NCBI GenBank assembly: GCA_951406725.2
Contig: OX597838.1
Location: 34,286,001-34,350,000 of the forward strand
Direction: 5' to 3'
Origin: Octopus vulgaris
Taxonomy: Eukaryota
DNA: 64,000 nucleotides
The stretch's first letter is position 1. Every line of letters begins with the position of its first letter. Below the pieces are notes generated by a model. The model searched no databases, was not told where the DNA came from, and worked only from the letters and a program-made list of their open reading frames with translations. The position numbers and the translations under genes were made by a program. Shown here piece after piece: positions 1 through 11,985 of this stretch.

Positions 1-757
1 GAGCAGTTCAATTTTAACAGTTATTTTTTAAAAGCCATAATGGAAATGACAAAGGGGCATACTCAGCATATTTTGATTTGTAAGTTCAATAAAGGCAACA
101 ACACAATGGAAAGTACGAGGAATATTAATACAGTACATGGGGATCGGGCAATAAGCATAATCCAGTATCAACAGTGGTTCCAGAAATTCCAAGCTGGAAA
201 CTACAGCCTAGAAGATGAGCCTTGTTCTGGAAGATCTGTAGAGCTCAACAAGGATGTCCTGCAAATCCTAGAGGAACAAAATTGCATTGTAACTGTTGAG
301 GAACTAGCAGAGAAGCTTAGATTTGGTCTTTCAACCATCCATTGGCACCAGTGCTAGAAGAAAAACAACTATCTTTGGTTTCAAGACAAAAGGTGTTCTT
401 CCTTTGGGATAATGTTCATCCACATATATTGAGGATGACATTCCAAAGGCTGGAGCAGTTTCAATGGGAAACGATGCCCCACCCATTGCTCATTTTGACT
501 ATCATTTATTCCACAGTAATCAGAATCATTTGGATGGTAAAATTATGAATTCAGTAGATGAGGTCAGAACAGTACTGGAGGAGTATTTTTTGTCAAGGAC
601 AAGTGAATTTTGGAAGACAGGCCTTGCAAGTCTACCAGATAGATGGAAGGGCATTGTAGAAAATGAAGGAAAGTATATTTTAGATTAAAAAAGAACTTTG
701 TTTAATTTTGAAAAATAAAAGTATAAAAAAACACATTATTTATGGGATGACCCAATA
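1..757 (+). mobile_element. Defective, internally deleted mariner transposon (5' end outside window)
   Basis: Broken transposase: HTH part (QQWFQKFQAGNYSLEDEPCSGR) joined to C-terminal DDD part (DNVHPH, DYHLF, LPDRWKGIVENEGKY); right TIR ...TTATTTATGGGATGACCCAA-TA ending at 757. Confidence 0.9.
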
Positions 758-800
758 TGTGTGTGTGTGTGTGTGTGTGTGTACGTGTGTGTGTGAATGT

Positions 801-1050
801 GAAGGCCCATGGCTTTGTGGTTAGGGTGTTGTACTCCTGATTGTGGCTTTGATTCCCAGACTGGGCGTTGTGTTGTGTTCTTGAGCAAAGCACTTCCTTC
901 CATGTTGCTCTGCAATCATTTCATCATCTGAGATGAGGCACCTGTTGCACCTGTACAGGTAATGTCAATTTGATGGAGGGAGTGAGCTTAAGTGAACACA
1001 AACATTTGATCCCTATAAACAATGCTCGGCAAGAAACTGCCAAACCCTCT
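801..1050 (+). mobile_element. Old tRNA-headed SINE remnant (related to family D)
   Basis: Head TGGCTTTGTGGTTAGGGTG...TTGATTCCCAGACTGGGCGTTGTG resembles the family D head at 21201. Similar heads at ~7790-7932 (-) and ~16683-16725. Confidence 0.6.
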
Positions 1051-1140
1051 GCATGTTTTTTCAGTAATTAATTTGTCTGACCCCGTGCCCGTTCTGCGCA
1101 TCACCTCTGATACACAGAGAACATATTTCTCTGTCATCCA

Positions 1141-1542
1141 GGATCTTTTCGGCTTGAACGGCAGTTTTAGTTTTTAACATAATTTCTAGTTAACTAAACG
1201 CTTTTAAACTTCGTATACTGGTAGAATGTGTTTATAAAACATCTTTTTCTCTTGGCTTCATTGAGAAAATTCTATAGTTTGTAAGATATTCGTTGTTTTT
1301 TTTCTGCAATTTCAACCAATCAGTGACGTCTATTGAGTTAAAAAACATTCTGTGCCATATGAATATGTCCCTCGTTTAAGAAACAGATTAAGTTTATTTA
1401 CATTTGTGAAGAAAACAAAGATACCCTTCCCCTAACCCTAGAAGTGATTGAAATGCAATAGATCGATTCTAGGGTCATAATTATGGGTGACAATTTCATA
1501 TGACACTGCTAGAAAAAACTGCCGTTCAAACCGAAATGTTCC
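1141..1542. mobile_element. MITE with GG...CC termini and 8-bp TSD (Merlin-like)
   Basis: TIRs GGATCTTTTCGGCTTGAACGGCAGTTTT / AAAACTGCCGTTCAAACCGAAATGTTCC; perfect TSD GTCATCCA at 1133-1140 and 1543-1550. Superfamily is inferred from termini and TSD length. Confidence 0.8.
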
Positions 1543-1804
1543 GTCATCCACAATATGCAGTCCCTTTTTTTTTTTCTCCTTTTTTTCAACAACTAGAGTA
1601 ACTTGAGACTTATGAAAGGAAAGCTTTACATCATTCAAAAACATATGAAACAAGGGTTAACTAAACAAGCACGGAGGTTTCAGACAAACGTATGAAAATA
1701 CTTCACACAGGCAAAAGGTTACTGTCCATTACCTCGTGATAGCACAAGTTGGACGAGGACTTATTAGACATAGGATCCTATGTCCAACCATAAGAGAGAA
1801 GTTC

Positions 1805-1837
<33 letters not shown>

Positions 1838-2331
1838 CAAAAGTCACCCACCAAAACATTTGTATTCATTGTTATTTTATTCAAGTGTTGTTTTTGAAAT
1901 GTGAAATGTTTATGCATTGAGATTTAATCTTGGTGCATGACTTTTGGCCCTCCGCTCCCCTCCCCTCCATACAAATGGAGATGAGATCTCCACAAGCTAG
2001 AGTGATCTGGAAGAAACAAAAGAACTTGATACAGAATAGCAAGAGAGTTCTGGCACAAACAATTTCTCTTGTGTTCAGAGCAGGAAGGAATACGTTCAGT
2101 ACATCCTGTAAAGCTGTTGGTGACAGGAAAAAACAACAAAAACAAAAAAAAAAAGACATAACATACACAAACTAATGATATGGACAGGTTTTTACTGTTG
2201 TTGTATTAGATGATGAAAGGCCATGAGACAATGTTGCGGTGGAGCAGAGTTGTCCAATCAAAGCTAGTGCAGAGAAATGGAAACGATGGTAGTAATGAAA
2301 TATGATACACACAGACATAGATTAGTGTCAG

Positions 2332-2920
2332 ATTAGATTCAAGCGAGGTCATTGCCAGTAAAGGGCACCATTCGAGCGTGATCGTTACCAACATCGCCTT
2401 ACTGGCACCTGTGCCAGTGGCATGTGTAAAAAGATTCAAGCGAGGTCATTGCCAGTACTGCCTGACTGGCCCCCGTGCCGTGGCACGTAAAAGGGCACCA
2501 TTTGAGCGTGATCGTTACCAACATCGCCTTACTGGCACCTGTGTCAGTGGCACGTGTAAAAAGATTCAAGCGAAGTCATTGCCAGTACTGCCTGACTGGC
2601 CCCCGTGCCGTGGCACGTAAAAGGTCACCATTCGAGCGTGATCGTTACGAACGTCGCCTTACTGGCACCTGTGTCAGTGGCACGTGTAAAAAGATTCAAG
2701 CGAAGTCATTGCCAGTACTGCCTGACAGGCCCCCGTCCCGGTGGCACGTAAAAAGCACCCACTACACTCTCAAGAGTGGTTGGCATTAGGAAGGGCATCC
2801 AGCTGTAAAAATTCTGCCAGATCAAGGTTGGAGCCTGGTGCAGCCATCTGGTTCACCAGCCCTCAGTCAAAATCGTCCAACCCATGCTAGCATGGAAAGT
2901 GGACGTTAAACGATGATGAT
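2332..2920 (+). mobile_element. Retroposon family B ((GAT)n tail) with internal 130-bp tandem repeat
   Basis: Ends GGACGTTAAACGATGATGAT; 12-bp TSD GATTAGTGTCAG at 2320-2331 and 2921-2932; AGATTCAAGCGA recurs at 2432, 2562, 2692. Confidence 0.88.
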
Positions 2921-3389
2921 GATTAGTGTCAGTAAGTTTAAGAATTCAAATATTTGAGAAGCAGTCCTTTCATGTTAGGTCTTAGTGTTATTTACTGTAT
3001 ATGGAGGTGGAATCCATTCACTTCCTGTTTGTTCCTCTGCATAGACATGTGATACAACTCAGATCAACTTGAGCCACTTCAATTTCTCTCTCTCTCATCT
3101 TACTCTCTTTCCGTACCTGTATTTCCCAAATCACACCTCCACTTTTGTTCATCAATCACTTACGTTCACCTCTACCCTTATTTCTTACCATCTCTTAATC
3201 TCCCACATACCACCTTCTTTTATCTTGAGATCATCTGGCATCTGGTCACCACCATCTCTTATCCACATTTATATAATGCAGGCTAGCTATGAATCTCCTT
3301 TACGACAGCAACAACACAAAGGCATGTCTCTCTCTAACGCATTTTAGCCTCTCAACACCCAGCATACAACCATCTTATATCTTTAGTAC

Positions 3390-3825
3390 CCACAAGGGGC
3401 TAAACACAGAGAGGACAAACAAGGACAGACAAACGGATGAAGTTGATTATATCGACTCCAGTGCATAACTGGTACTTATTTAATCGACCCCGAAAGGATG
3501 AAAGGCAAAGTCGGCCTCGGCGGAATTTGAACTCAGAACGTAACGGAAGACGAAATACCACTAGGCATTTCGCCGGGCGTGCTAACATTTCTTATTTCTT
3601 TACTGCCCACAAGGGGTTACACACAGAGGGGACAAACAAGGACAGACAAACAGATTAAGTCGATTATATCGACCCCAGTGCATAACTGGTACTTATTTAA
3701 TCGACCCCGAAAGGATGAAAGGCAAAGTCGACCTCGGCGGAATTTGAACTCAGAACGTAACGGCAGACGAAATACCACTAGGCATTTCGCCCGGCGTGCT
3801 AACGTTTCTGCCAGCTTGCCGCCTT
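3390..3825 (-). mobile_element. Two tandem copies of tRNA-derived SINE family C
   Basis: Two near-identical ~200-235 bp units; minus-strand head AAGGCGGCAAGCTGGCAGAAACGTTAGCACG...GAGTTCAAATTCC and core CTTTGCCTTTCATCCTTTCGGGGTCGA. Confidence 0.85.
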
Positions 3826-4120
3826 CTCCCCATCTCTCAAAATACCTGTCACCACTTTTACCTTTCCCCCACCCCCTCTTTCTTGATTTGCAAGGTAACT
3901 GGTGACTTCACTATTGCTTGTGGGAATGAAAACAAGCACCCAGTATACACTGAGTAAAGCAGCTGGTATTAGAAAGAGCAACCAGCTGTGTAAACCATGC
4001 CAAAACTGACAGTGAAGCATGACTTGACTCTGTGAAAATGTCCAACCTATGCCAGTATGGACAACAGTTGTTAAACGATAATTGATTTTCTCTTAATCAA
4101 CCTGTTACTATTTTATCACT

Positions 4121-4350
4121 GAAGGTAGCAAGCTGGCAGAATTGTTAGAACACTGGGCAAATTGCTCAGCAACATTTCATCTGCTTTTATGTCCTGAATT
4201 CAAAATTCTGTCAAGGTCAACTTTGCTTTTCATCCTTTCAGGGTCGATAAAATAAGTTCCAGTTTAGCACAGAGGTGGGGGGGGGGGGCAATGTAACCGA
4301 CTTAACCCCTTCTCCAAAAGTGCTGGCCTTGTGCCAAAATTTGAAATCAA
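4121..4350 (+). mobile_element. SINE family C, diverged
   Basis: Same head and core as the 3390-3825 copies, with substitutions. Confidence 0.75.
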
Positions 4351-4864
4351 TATTTTATCACTCAATAAATAGTCGTAATATTAAATCAAGAAAAAACTAT
4401 AGTTTGGGGCCCCAGCAAAAGCTAGTTATTTCATGTTTAAATGAGTAATTCTACTGCATCAGACACAATGTCTTTCATAATTAATACATCCCTGAGGTCA
4501 CTGTATCCCACAAGAAACTCTCCGGCTATCATGATTTATACCCACATCTGCCCTAAAAGGACATGCAGCACTAAGGAAATTTGTTTAGGGGTTCTCAGCT
4601 TAGCGGTGGTTGCTTGCTTCAAGAAACCTGAAAGATGCCCATATCAGCTGATTAAATCTTTGAAAGATTATGAAAACCATAATTGGTCTTGGCAGAATTT
4701 GAACCCACCACAAGATATTTTGCTCAAAGCTCTGATGATTCTATCAATCTACTGTCCTCCCACAACATCCTCTGTATCTTGTGTTGTGTCTCCCTTGCAG
4801 ATGACACCTTGTCTATATGGTTTGAAGAACTAAACAAAGGAAGAATTTGTAAATGTAAAAATGT

Positions 4865-5007
4865 TGTTAGGAAGCGCATCCAGCTGTAGAAACTCTGCCA
4901 AATCAAGATTGGAGCCTGGTGCAACCATCTGGTTCGCCAGCCCTCAGTCAAAATCGTCCAACCCATGCTAGCATGGAAAGCGGACGTTAAACGATGATGA
5001 TGATGAT
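4865..5007 (+). mobile_element. Retroposon family B, 5'-truncated
   Basis: 3' ~140 bp nearly identical to 2787-2920; (GAT)n tail; flanking ATGTAAAAA repeat. Confidence 0.8.
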
Positions 5008-5910
5008 GTAAAAAGATATAATGTTAATAATGATAATAATAATGGTTTCAAATTTTGGCACAAAGCCAGCAATTTTGAGGGAGGGGTAAGTTGATTAGAT
5101 TGAGACCCCACTGTCCAACCGGTACTTATTTTATTGTCCTTGAAAGGATGGAAGGCAAAGTGAACATCAGAATGTAAAGATGGACAAAATGCTACTAAAC
5201 ATTTTCCCCCAGCATGCTAACAATTCAGATCACCACATTAATGATAATAATAACCTTCTTAGACCGAGGGCCTTAAATTTTGAAGGCAGGGACATCTGAT
5301 CTGAGTGAACTCATGGTTTAACTGGGACTTATTTTTATTTACAGTAGAATGAAAGGTCAAGCTGGTCCTGGTCAAATTTGAACTCAAAACATAAAAGAAA
5401 GACACTAAATACTACATACTCTACTAATTCTGTTACTGCTAATAAAATTTTTTTTAAATACTGACTTCCAACAGAGGTACAAGGCCACATATTTTAGTGC
5501 AAAAACAATTGATCATACTACCCCACAACCCCACCCTGCCCTGCTCAACCTTCTCAACTGGTACTTATTGAAATTTAAATTCAATGTAAATTGGTGAAAG
5601 CATTTAATCTAGTTCTCTACCAATTTTGTGAAGACTGTTGAACAAAAGAAGTCACAAAGGCTTAATCCATAGCTTGGTTTAAACACTGCCACTTGGTCTT
5701 TGGGTATTTTTAGCAGAGCCCACACATAACACTGAAAGTATTTGGACCATATCTCCCCTTTGAAGCTATCTTTCTTTTGTTCCTCCCACTCAGCAGTTTT
5801 CAAATTCCTGAAGAGATTCCATGGGAACTGTACTAGCCCTCGATTAAATGATAAACAAACAGAAACCTGTAGCACTTTTCAGCAAACCCATTTTCTAGAT
5901 AATTATTTAA

Positions 5911-6136
5911 CCCTTTAGCATCTAAACTGACCATATCCAGCCAAAATATTCTATTTGCTTTGTTGTTCAAACCAGCCAAATCTGCCCCCCCCCCCCACAC
6001 CAACCCTACAATATCATTCTAAAAATAAACGACCATGTTATCAGAATCTTGAAGCTACGAGATAATCCAAGATTAATTTGAAACAATGTTAATAAAGAAG
6101 CATTATAATTAACAGAACAATCTGAATGCTAAAGGG
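5911..6136. mobile_element. piggyBac-type MITE, family P1
   Basis: TTAA-CCCTTTAGCAT ... ATGCTAAAGGG-TTAA. Further copies at ~46579-46800, ~47036-47270, ~52410-52628, ~56255-56471; partial copies at ~10540-10955, ~48800-48973, ~61950-62135. Confidence 0.85.
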
Positions 6137-6151
6137 TTAATCTTTTTTTAA

Positions 6152-6389
6152 CCTTATTTCTAAGGACACACACTCCCACTGTGTTCCTGCAATTTTTGAA
6201 ATTAGTAATTTCAAGGGGTTTTAGTACAATGACTTATTATTAAGCTCAAGCTCAGGTCAAAACAAAACATTCTTACTAAAATTATAAATAATGGTAAGTT
6301 TTAATTTAAATGTGAACATTTTTAAAATGAGAGATTTTTCATCAAAAGAACAAGAGATGGTGCCTAGCATATTACTGGTATTGAAAGGG
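6152..6389. mobile_element. piggyBac-type MITE, family P2, diverged
   Basis: Right end GGTATTGAAAGGG-TTAA; internal similarity to 25437-25646; directly adjacent to a P1 MITE. Confidence 0.6.
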
Positions 6390-6522
6390 TTAAAAAAAAT
6401 TTTCAAATCAACATGTGGGGTTAACTGGAAAAAAAATTAGCAACACTTTTACAAAACAAGTGTTATTTTGTTAAAGAACAAGTTAAGGTGTGTGTTTGTT
6501 GAAGAGAACAAGAATGAGTTAC

Positions 6523-6642
6523 CTGTTCCAGATAATCCTGTACTAAGAGAACTGCTAACAGAATTAGAATCCTCACGGTCCAATTCTTTATCAATACTAG
6601 AAAAGTCAAAATCATCCAGGCTAAGGTCATCAAGAGCACTAC
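6523..6642 (-). CDS. unk: Unkempt exon, SALDDL acidic helix
   Basis: (G)SALDDLSLDDFDFSSIDKELDREDSNSVSSSLSTGLSGT(G); completes the VESV..SALDDL motif of Unkempt; acceptor ctatatttag, donor gtaact; 120 nt, phase 1 to 1. Confidence 0.94.
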
Positions 6643-8229
6643 CTAAATATAGACAAAAAAAAAAAAAAATTAGAATAGGGGCGTGTAAACTTTTTAAAGC
6701 CATTTCTTATAATGGTTTCTTAATCCATTCTCTAATATCTACCTATTGTCAAAGTGAAGTGGATGAAAGATTTAAGGTCTTAAACTACCTGCTCTTGTGC
6801 CAGGAGATCTTACCTTATAGCAGGCATTTTGCTGTGTCTGCTGTGCAAGATTATTATAATTATTATTATTATCATTATTATTATTATTATTATTATTATT
6901 CTACCTGCCTCAGATAATCTAAGAGCAGTATAGAATAAGTACCATGCTTTCTTGAATCTTATTTAACTGACATGCTTATCTATAAAGGCAGCAATTTAAT
7001 CTTAATGATTAAATAATTGTAGATACTTTATTGGTATATGACTGATTACTGTTAACATACTGATACAGTGTCTACAGAATAACTATCTGAAGTAGATTGC
7101 TAAAATTGAAAGGAGGGACATGTTAAAACTGAAAGATGAGACATGCTGAAATTGAACTCCAAGATAGTAAAATGTACAAAGCAGTACACCAAAACGTAGA
7201 AAAGCAGGATGGTAAATTCAGAGATTTGAATATAGAAGCAACATGAAGTTTTAAAAAAAAAAAAAACATTTAAAAACAGGTAGAAGCACCTATGTTTCTA
7301 ATAAATGAAAGAAGAGAACAAGTAGCACATGGCTGAGAGAATGAGTAAAAAAAGAAAAAAAAAGAAAGAAAAACAATAGAATTCTTTAAACTTTTTGTTA
7401 CAGTATTTCTGTTGAAATAAATTGCCTTTGTTAACAAATGATTTTGAAAATAAAGAATTTACTAAAGTTATTTTGTCATTATTGATACAGTGTTTGGAAT
7501 ATAAATTAAGATATTGTGAGAGGAGGTTTTAATTTAGATCAGCTTAAAGTAGGGATTTCGTATCAGAGAACCAGGGGTAGTCTTGGCTGGGTCGGTACCA
7601 AAAGAATTTAACCCAACATTAAAAATTACATTTTACTTAAGAGAAAAATTATTTTTATAAATCTTATAGCAAAATAAATTAATTTTTGTATAAAAATTTG
7701 TAGGATGAAGATATTTCTCGAGTAATATAGATTCACAGAGCTATTTTCCCAATTTCTGTGGTGCATATATCCCAAACTGAATGGGATGCTCATTTTGGCC
7801 AGCTGAGTGGACTGGAGCAATGTGAAATGAAGTGTTTTGCTTGAGAACACAACACGTCACCTGGTGTAGGAATCGAAACCACAATCTTACGATCACGAGT
7901 CCAACACCCTAACCACTAAGCTATGTGCCTTCAACATGAAAAAGTGCAACATAGATAAATTCAAATAAAAAAAAAAAGAATAATTTTTAATTTCATTTAA
8001 AATTTAAAGTTCAGAACATATTTTCTTTTTTTGCTTTTACTAACAGAACATGGTTTCTGAGCACAATTCAACAGATAAGAGTAGGGGGGGGGAATAACAT
8101 GCATTCAGCAAGTTCTGAGAAAATATTTATTCTAAGCATTTAGTTATACTTAAAAAAAATTTTTTAAAAGCATCATAAAGTTAGTAAAACAGCTTTGAAT
8201 GAAATAACAGGCAACATGACATAACTTAC

Positions 8230-8440
8230 CTACAACAGATTCAACAGTTTCACCAGGAGGGTAAAATGATGGAGCATGTGGTGACATATTTGATGTAGAA
8301 GGGTTAATAGGAGAAAGAGAACCACTAAAACTTTGATTAAAATTATGCAGTAAAACTAAATTTTGTTTCCTTGTAGCTTTTTCACTAGTATCTATAGTCA
8401 AATCATTTTCTATAGCTTGTAACTGTTGCCGAAGTTTTGC
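8230..8440 (-). CDS. unk: Unkempt exon with short helical segment and PAM2-like motif
   Basis: AKLRQQLQAIENDLTIDTSEKATRKQNLVLLHNFNQSFSGSLSPINPSTSNMSPHAPSFYPPGETVESVV(G); acceptor ttttttctag, donor gtaagt; 211 nt, phase 0 to 1. Confidence 0.93.
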
Positions 8441-8916
8441 CTAGAAAAAAAAGAAACAAAATAGAAAAAAATAAGAAAATGTAAGGTTAATGTTTACATA
8501 AAACTTTAACTGTTTTGTCCTGTTAATCTCAGGTTTAGATGTAAATATTAGCTTAAAATTTTGGCACAAGTTGATAAAATCAACCCCAGTGCTCAACTGG
8601 TACTTATTTTATTGACATTGAAAGGATGAAAGGCAAAGTCGACCTTGGTGGAATTTGAACTCAGAATGCGAAGATGGATGGATGAAATGTTGCTGAGCAT
8701 TTCATCCAGCTGAGCATTCAACGATTCTGACAGAAGAGACGTAAATATTAAAAACAGGAAACATTTTCATCTTTACCGATGAGGTCAAGAGTCAGAAAAC
8801 TAATAATCTTATTAAATCATCTCAAACATTTGACCAGCATTTTTATACTTATTAATATTGACCGTTTAGCTTTCGGTCAAGTGTGATGAGATAATGAATT
8901 AATCATGCATTATCTC

Positions 8917-9206
8917 ATCATCATCATCGTTTAACGTCCGTTTTCCATGCTAGCACGGGTTAGACGGTTCGACCGGGGTCTGGGAAGCCAGGGGCTGCAC
9001 CAGGCTCCAGTCTGATCTGGCAGAGTTTCTACAGCTGGATGCCCTTCCTAACGCCAACCACTCCATGAGTGTAGTGGGTGCTTTTTACGTGCCACCTGCA
9101 CAGGTGCCAGGGGGGTCCGGCATCGGCCACGATCGGTTGGAGCTTTTAACGTGCCACCAGCACGGAAGCCAGCCAAGGCGGCGCTGGCAACGGCCGAGGC
9201 GCTGGC
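8917..9206 (-). mobile_element. Retroposon family B inserted in a P1 MITE remnant
   Basis: (CAT)n-CGTTTAACGTCCG tail on plus strand; internal GCTTTTTACGTGCCACC units. Confidence 0.8.
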
Positions 9207-9759
9207 TTTCAAGATTTTATTAATGCCACTGTTTACTTTTAGAATGCCATTGAATGGTAGGTATGAAGTCAGATTTGGTCATTTTGAACATAAAACAGAC
9301 AGAATATTTGGTTGCATGTTGTTAGTTTGAATGCTAAAGCATTTAACATATTTTTTATACAATATGAAGACAACTGAAGGCTAATAACTCTTCAATAAAA
9401 AATGAATTTGTATGCTTTGTTAAAGGCAGTAACACTAAGAGATGTGACAGGCAATAAATGCTGTGAATACTTGCTGAAACAACAGCCTGACTTTTGGAAT
9501 TTTCTTTGACACAAGGAAAGGCAGGACATTGGAAGAGGCTGGTAAAAAGAATGGGAAGAAGGAACTAAAGCAAAGGAGTTACTGCAGAAAGGTAGCACAT
9601 TAAGCTATCAAGTTATCCTTGGATCTGCTCCGACTGCTTGTAATAAAGCGGATTCTGATAAGGAACACAAGGGCTAAAAGGTGGCAGTTATGTTGAAGCT
9701 AAACTGGACAAAAGAAATGGTGCAGCTGGTTGAAAGTAGACAAGAGAAGACAAAAGACT

Positions 9760-10137
9760 ACTCTTTACTCTCTCTTTTACTCTTTTACTTGTTTCAGTCA
9801 TTTGACTGCGGCCATGCTGGAGCACTGCCTTTAGTCGAGCAACTCGACCCCGGGACTTATTCTTTTGTAAGCCCAGTACTTATTCTATCGGTCTCTTTTG
9901 CCGAACTGCTAAGTGATGGGGACATAAACACACCAGCATCGGTTGTCAAGCGATGTTGGGTGGAGGACACAAACACACACGCATATATATATACATATAT
10001 ACGACGGGCTTCCTTCAGTTTCTGTTTACCAAATCCACTCACAAGGCTTTGGTCGGCCCAAGGCTATAGTGGAAGACACTTGCCCAAAGTGCCACGTAGT
10101 GGGACTGAACCCGGAACCACTTACTACACAGCCACTC
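9760..10137 (-). mobile_element. tRNA-derived SINE family A
   Basis: Matches young copies (e.g. 58198-58605): GGTTCAGTCCC B-box-like motif, central (TA/CA)n, tail CAGCATGGCCGCAGTCAAATGACTGAAACAAG(TAAAAGAG)n; small head deletion. Confidence 0.85.
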
Positions 10138-11072
10138 AGGAAGAAATTAACAAAAATAAAAAGCGTTAAGAGCAATCTTCCAAAGACTGAGATGTCTAGC
10201 ATCTTGCCATACTCAAGACGACCCTTACTATGCAGCAGAAATGTTAAGACCAATCTTTCTGGTGGCTCAAAGAACTTGTGGTGCCATGTAAAAGCACCCA
10301 GCACACACTGTAAAGTGGCTGGCATTAGGAAGGGCATCCAGCTGTAGAAATCATGCCAAATCAGACTGGAGTCTGGTGCAGCATGCTAGCTCTGGTCAAA
10401 CCAGCCAACCCATGCCAACATTGACAATGGACATTAAATGATGAAGATTCAACCAATATTTGGAATAATAATCAATGCGGCGACATGGATCAGTGTCTAA
10501 CAAACAAGCGAGAGGTAAAAAAACAGACCACAGTTTTAACACTTTAGCACTGAAACCAGCCACATCAGGCTTAAATATTCTACCAGGTTTATGTTCAAAC
10601 CAGCCTCTCATACCAATCCTACAAGGCCATTCTAAAAATACCATATTTTGTTCTTACAAGTCAACATGGTATGTAATGTAAAGATGTATTGCAAATATTC
10701 AAGCATCATCTCTATCTTGCCAAATCCTGCTGCATTTCACATGGCTTTTGGCTCTTCAAAGTCATCTTGGTGTATAAGTTGATTTAGCTTTTTTCAGCTG
10801 TAAATAGGGGTCTGAAAAATTTAACTTGTATACCAGAAAATACAGTAAGCAATCACGTCGCTGACACCTTGAAGCTACTAGGATAATGCATGTTTAATTC
10901 AAAGCAGAGTGAATAAATAAGCATTACATTTGACAGTAATTTGAATGCTAAAGAGTTGTATTATAGTAATTTCTTTTTGAAAAAAAATGCATTTGAAGAA
11001 TTTAAATTAAGCTTTAATAAAGATTCAGGGGAGGAGGTTTAAGCAAAAAAGAGGAAAAACAGAAAAACTCAC

Positions 11073-11228
11073 TTGGCCTTCTTCTCGAGTTGAACTAAGA
11101 GTTCTCTGGTATTGCCCTGGACTACCATTGTCTGAGTTAATGCTACTAGAAGTACTACTTGTTCGACCCTTTCCTATAGGTTCCGGAAGTGGACTACTGG
11201 AGTGATTAGCATATCCTAAATTGTTTAA
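11073..11228 (-). CDS. unk: Unkempt exon, Ser-rich region (phase 0-0)
   Basis: LNNLGYANHSSSPLPEPIGKGRTSSTSSSINSDNGSPGQYQRTLSSTREEGQ; acceptor ccattttctag, donor gtgagt; 156 nt. Confidence 0.87.
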
Positions 11229-11985
11229 CTAGAAAATGGGGGAAAAAATCAGGTTATTGCCATTGTCAACATTACAAATATGTAAAAATATACAAAAATC
11301 AGTCTTATTTTAATTTTGAAAATCATGAAGAATTTATTAGATTATATTTGGTATCATTAAGCTAGTATTTCAAACTTCAATTAACACAAAATTTTTATGA
11401 AAAATTTTGATTAAGATCACTTCAAAATAAGGAATTTGTATCATAGAAAAAAGGGCAGTCTCAGGCGGATTGATATCAAAAATGATCAAAGATGCTACTG
11501 CCGTGATCACCACCACTGCCACTATCACTGTTAGCATTTTTATGTTCTCTTTTTCCATGCTGACATGGATTGGATAAGTCTTCTGGACGTTATTTTCGGA
11601 CACCAAACTATTTATTTTCAAGTAGCGTACTTTATTCTATGTCTTTGCATGCTAAACTGAACAGCAGGACATAAATGCCACTGATATCTAAATGTTGTCA
11701 ATGCAAAGACATACAAAGGGCCTTCTGTAATTTTCCATCAACCAAATTTCACTTGTAAGGCATTGGCCAATCCAAGGCTTTATTAGAAGACATAGCCAGG
11801 ATTCCATGTGGTTGTAAAGGGCTCTATACAACATAGCCACACTTGTCTCCTTTTCAGACAGTGTATCTGGGTTTACATTATCCAATCTGTCATTCCATTT
11901 TTTTTTAAGACAGTAGAGATAATGGAAATGAGATTTGTTAGACACTCTTCCTAACGCCAATCACTCAAGTGTACTGGATGCTTTC

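Noticed and set aside
1733-1772. Possible small unk exon with donor GAG/gtaatg
   Set aside because: In the phase required by exon 6523-6642 it reads GSYV-stop, and it has no similarity to Unkempt.
4441-4833. 130-aa plus-strand ORF
   Set aside because: No recognisable domain or splice context; it lies antisense within an unk intron and is probably a chance ORF.
6468-6917. 149-aa plus-strand ORF
   Set aside because: It is the antisense shadow of the unk exon plus an (ATT)n microsatellite.
8772-8805. Degenerate minimal hammerhead (CCGATGAGGTCAAGAGTCAGAAAAC)
   Set aside because: The core is mutated (CCGA rather than CUGA), stem II is mismatched, and stems I and III cannot be formed.
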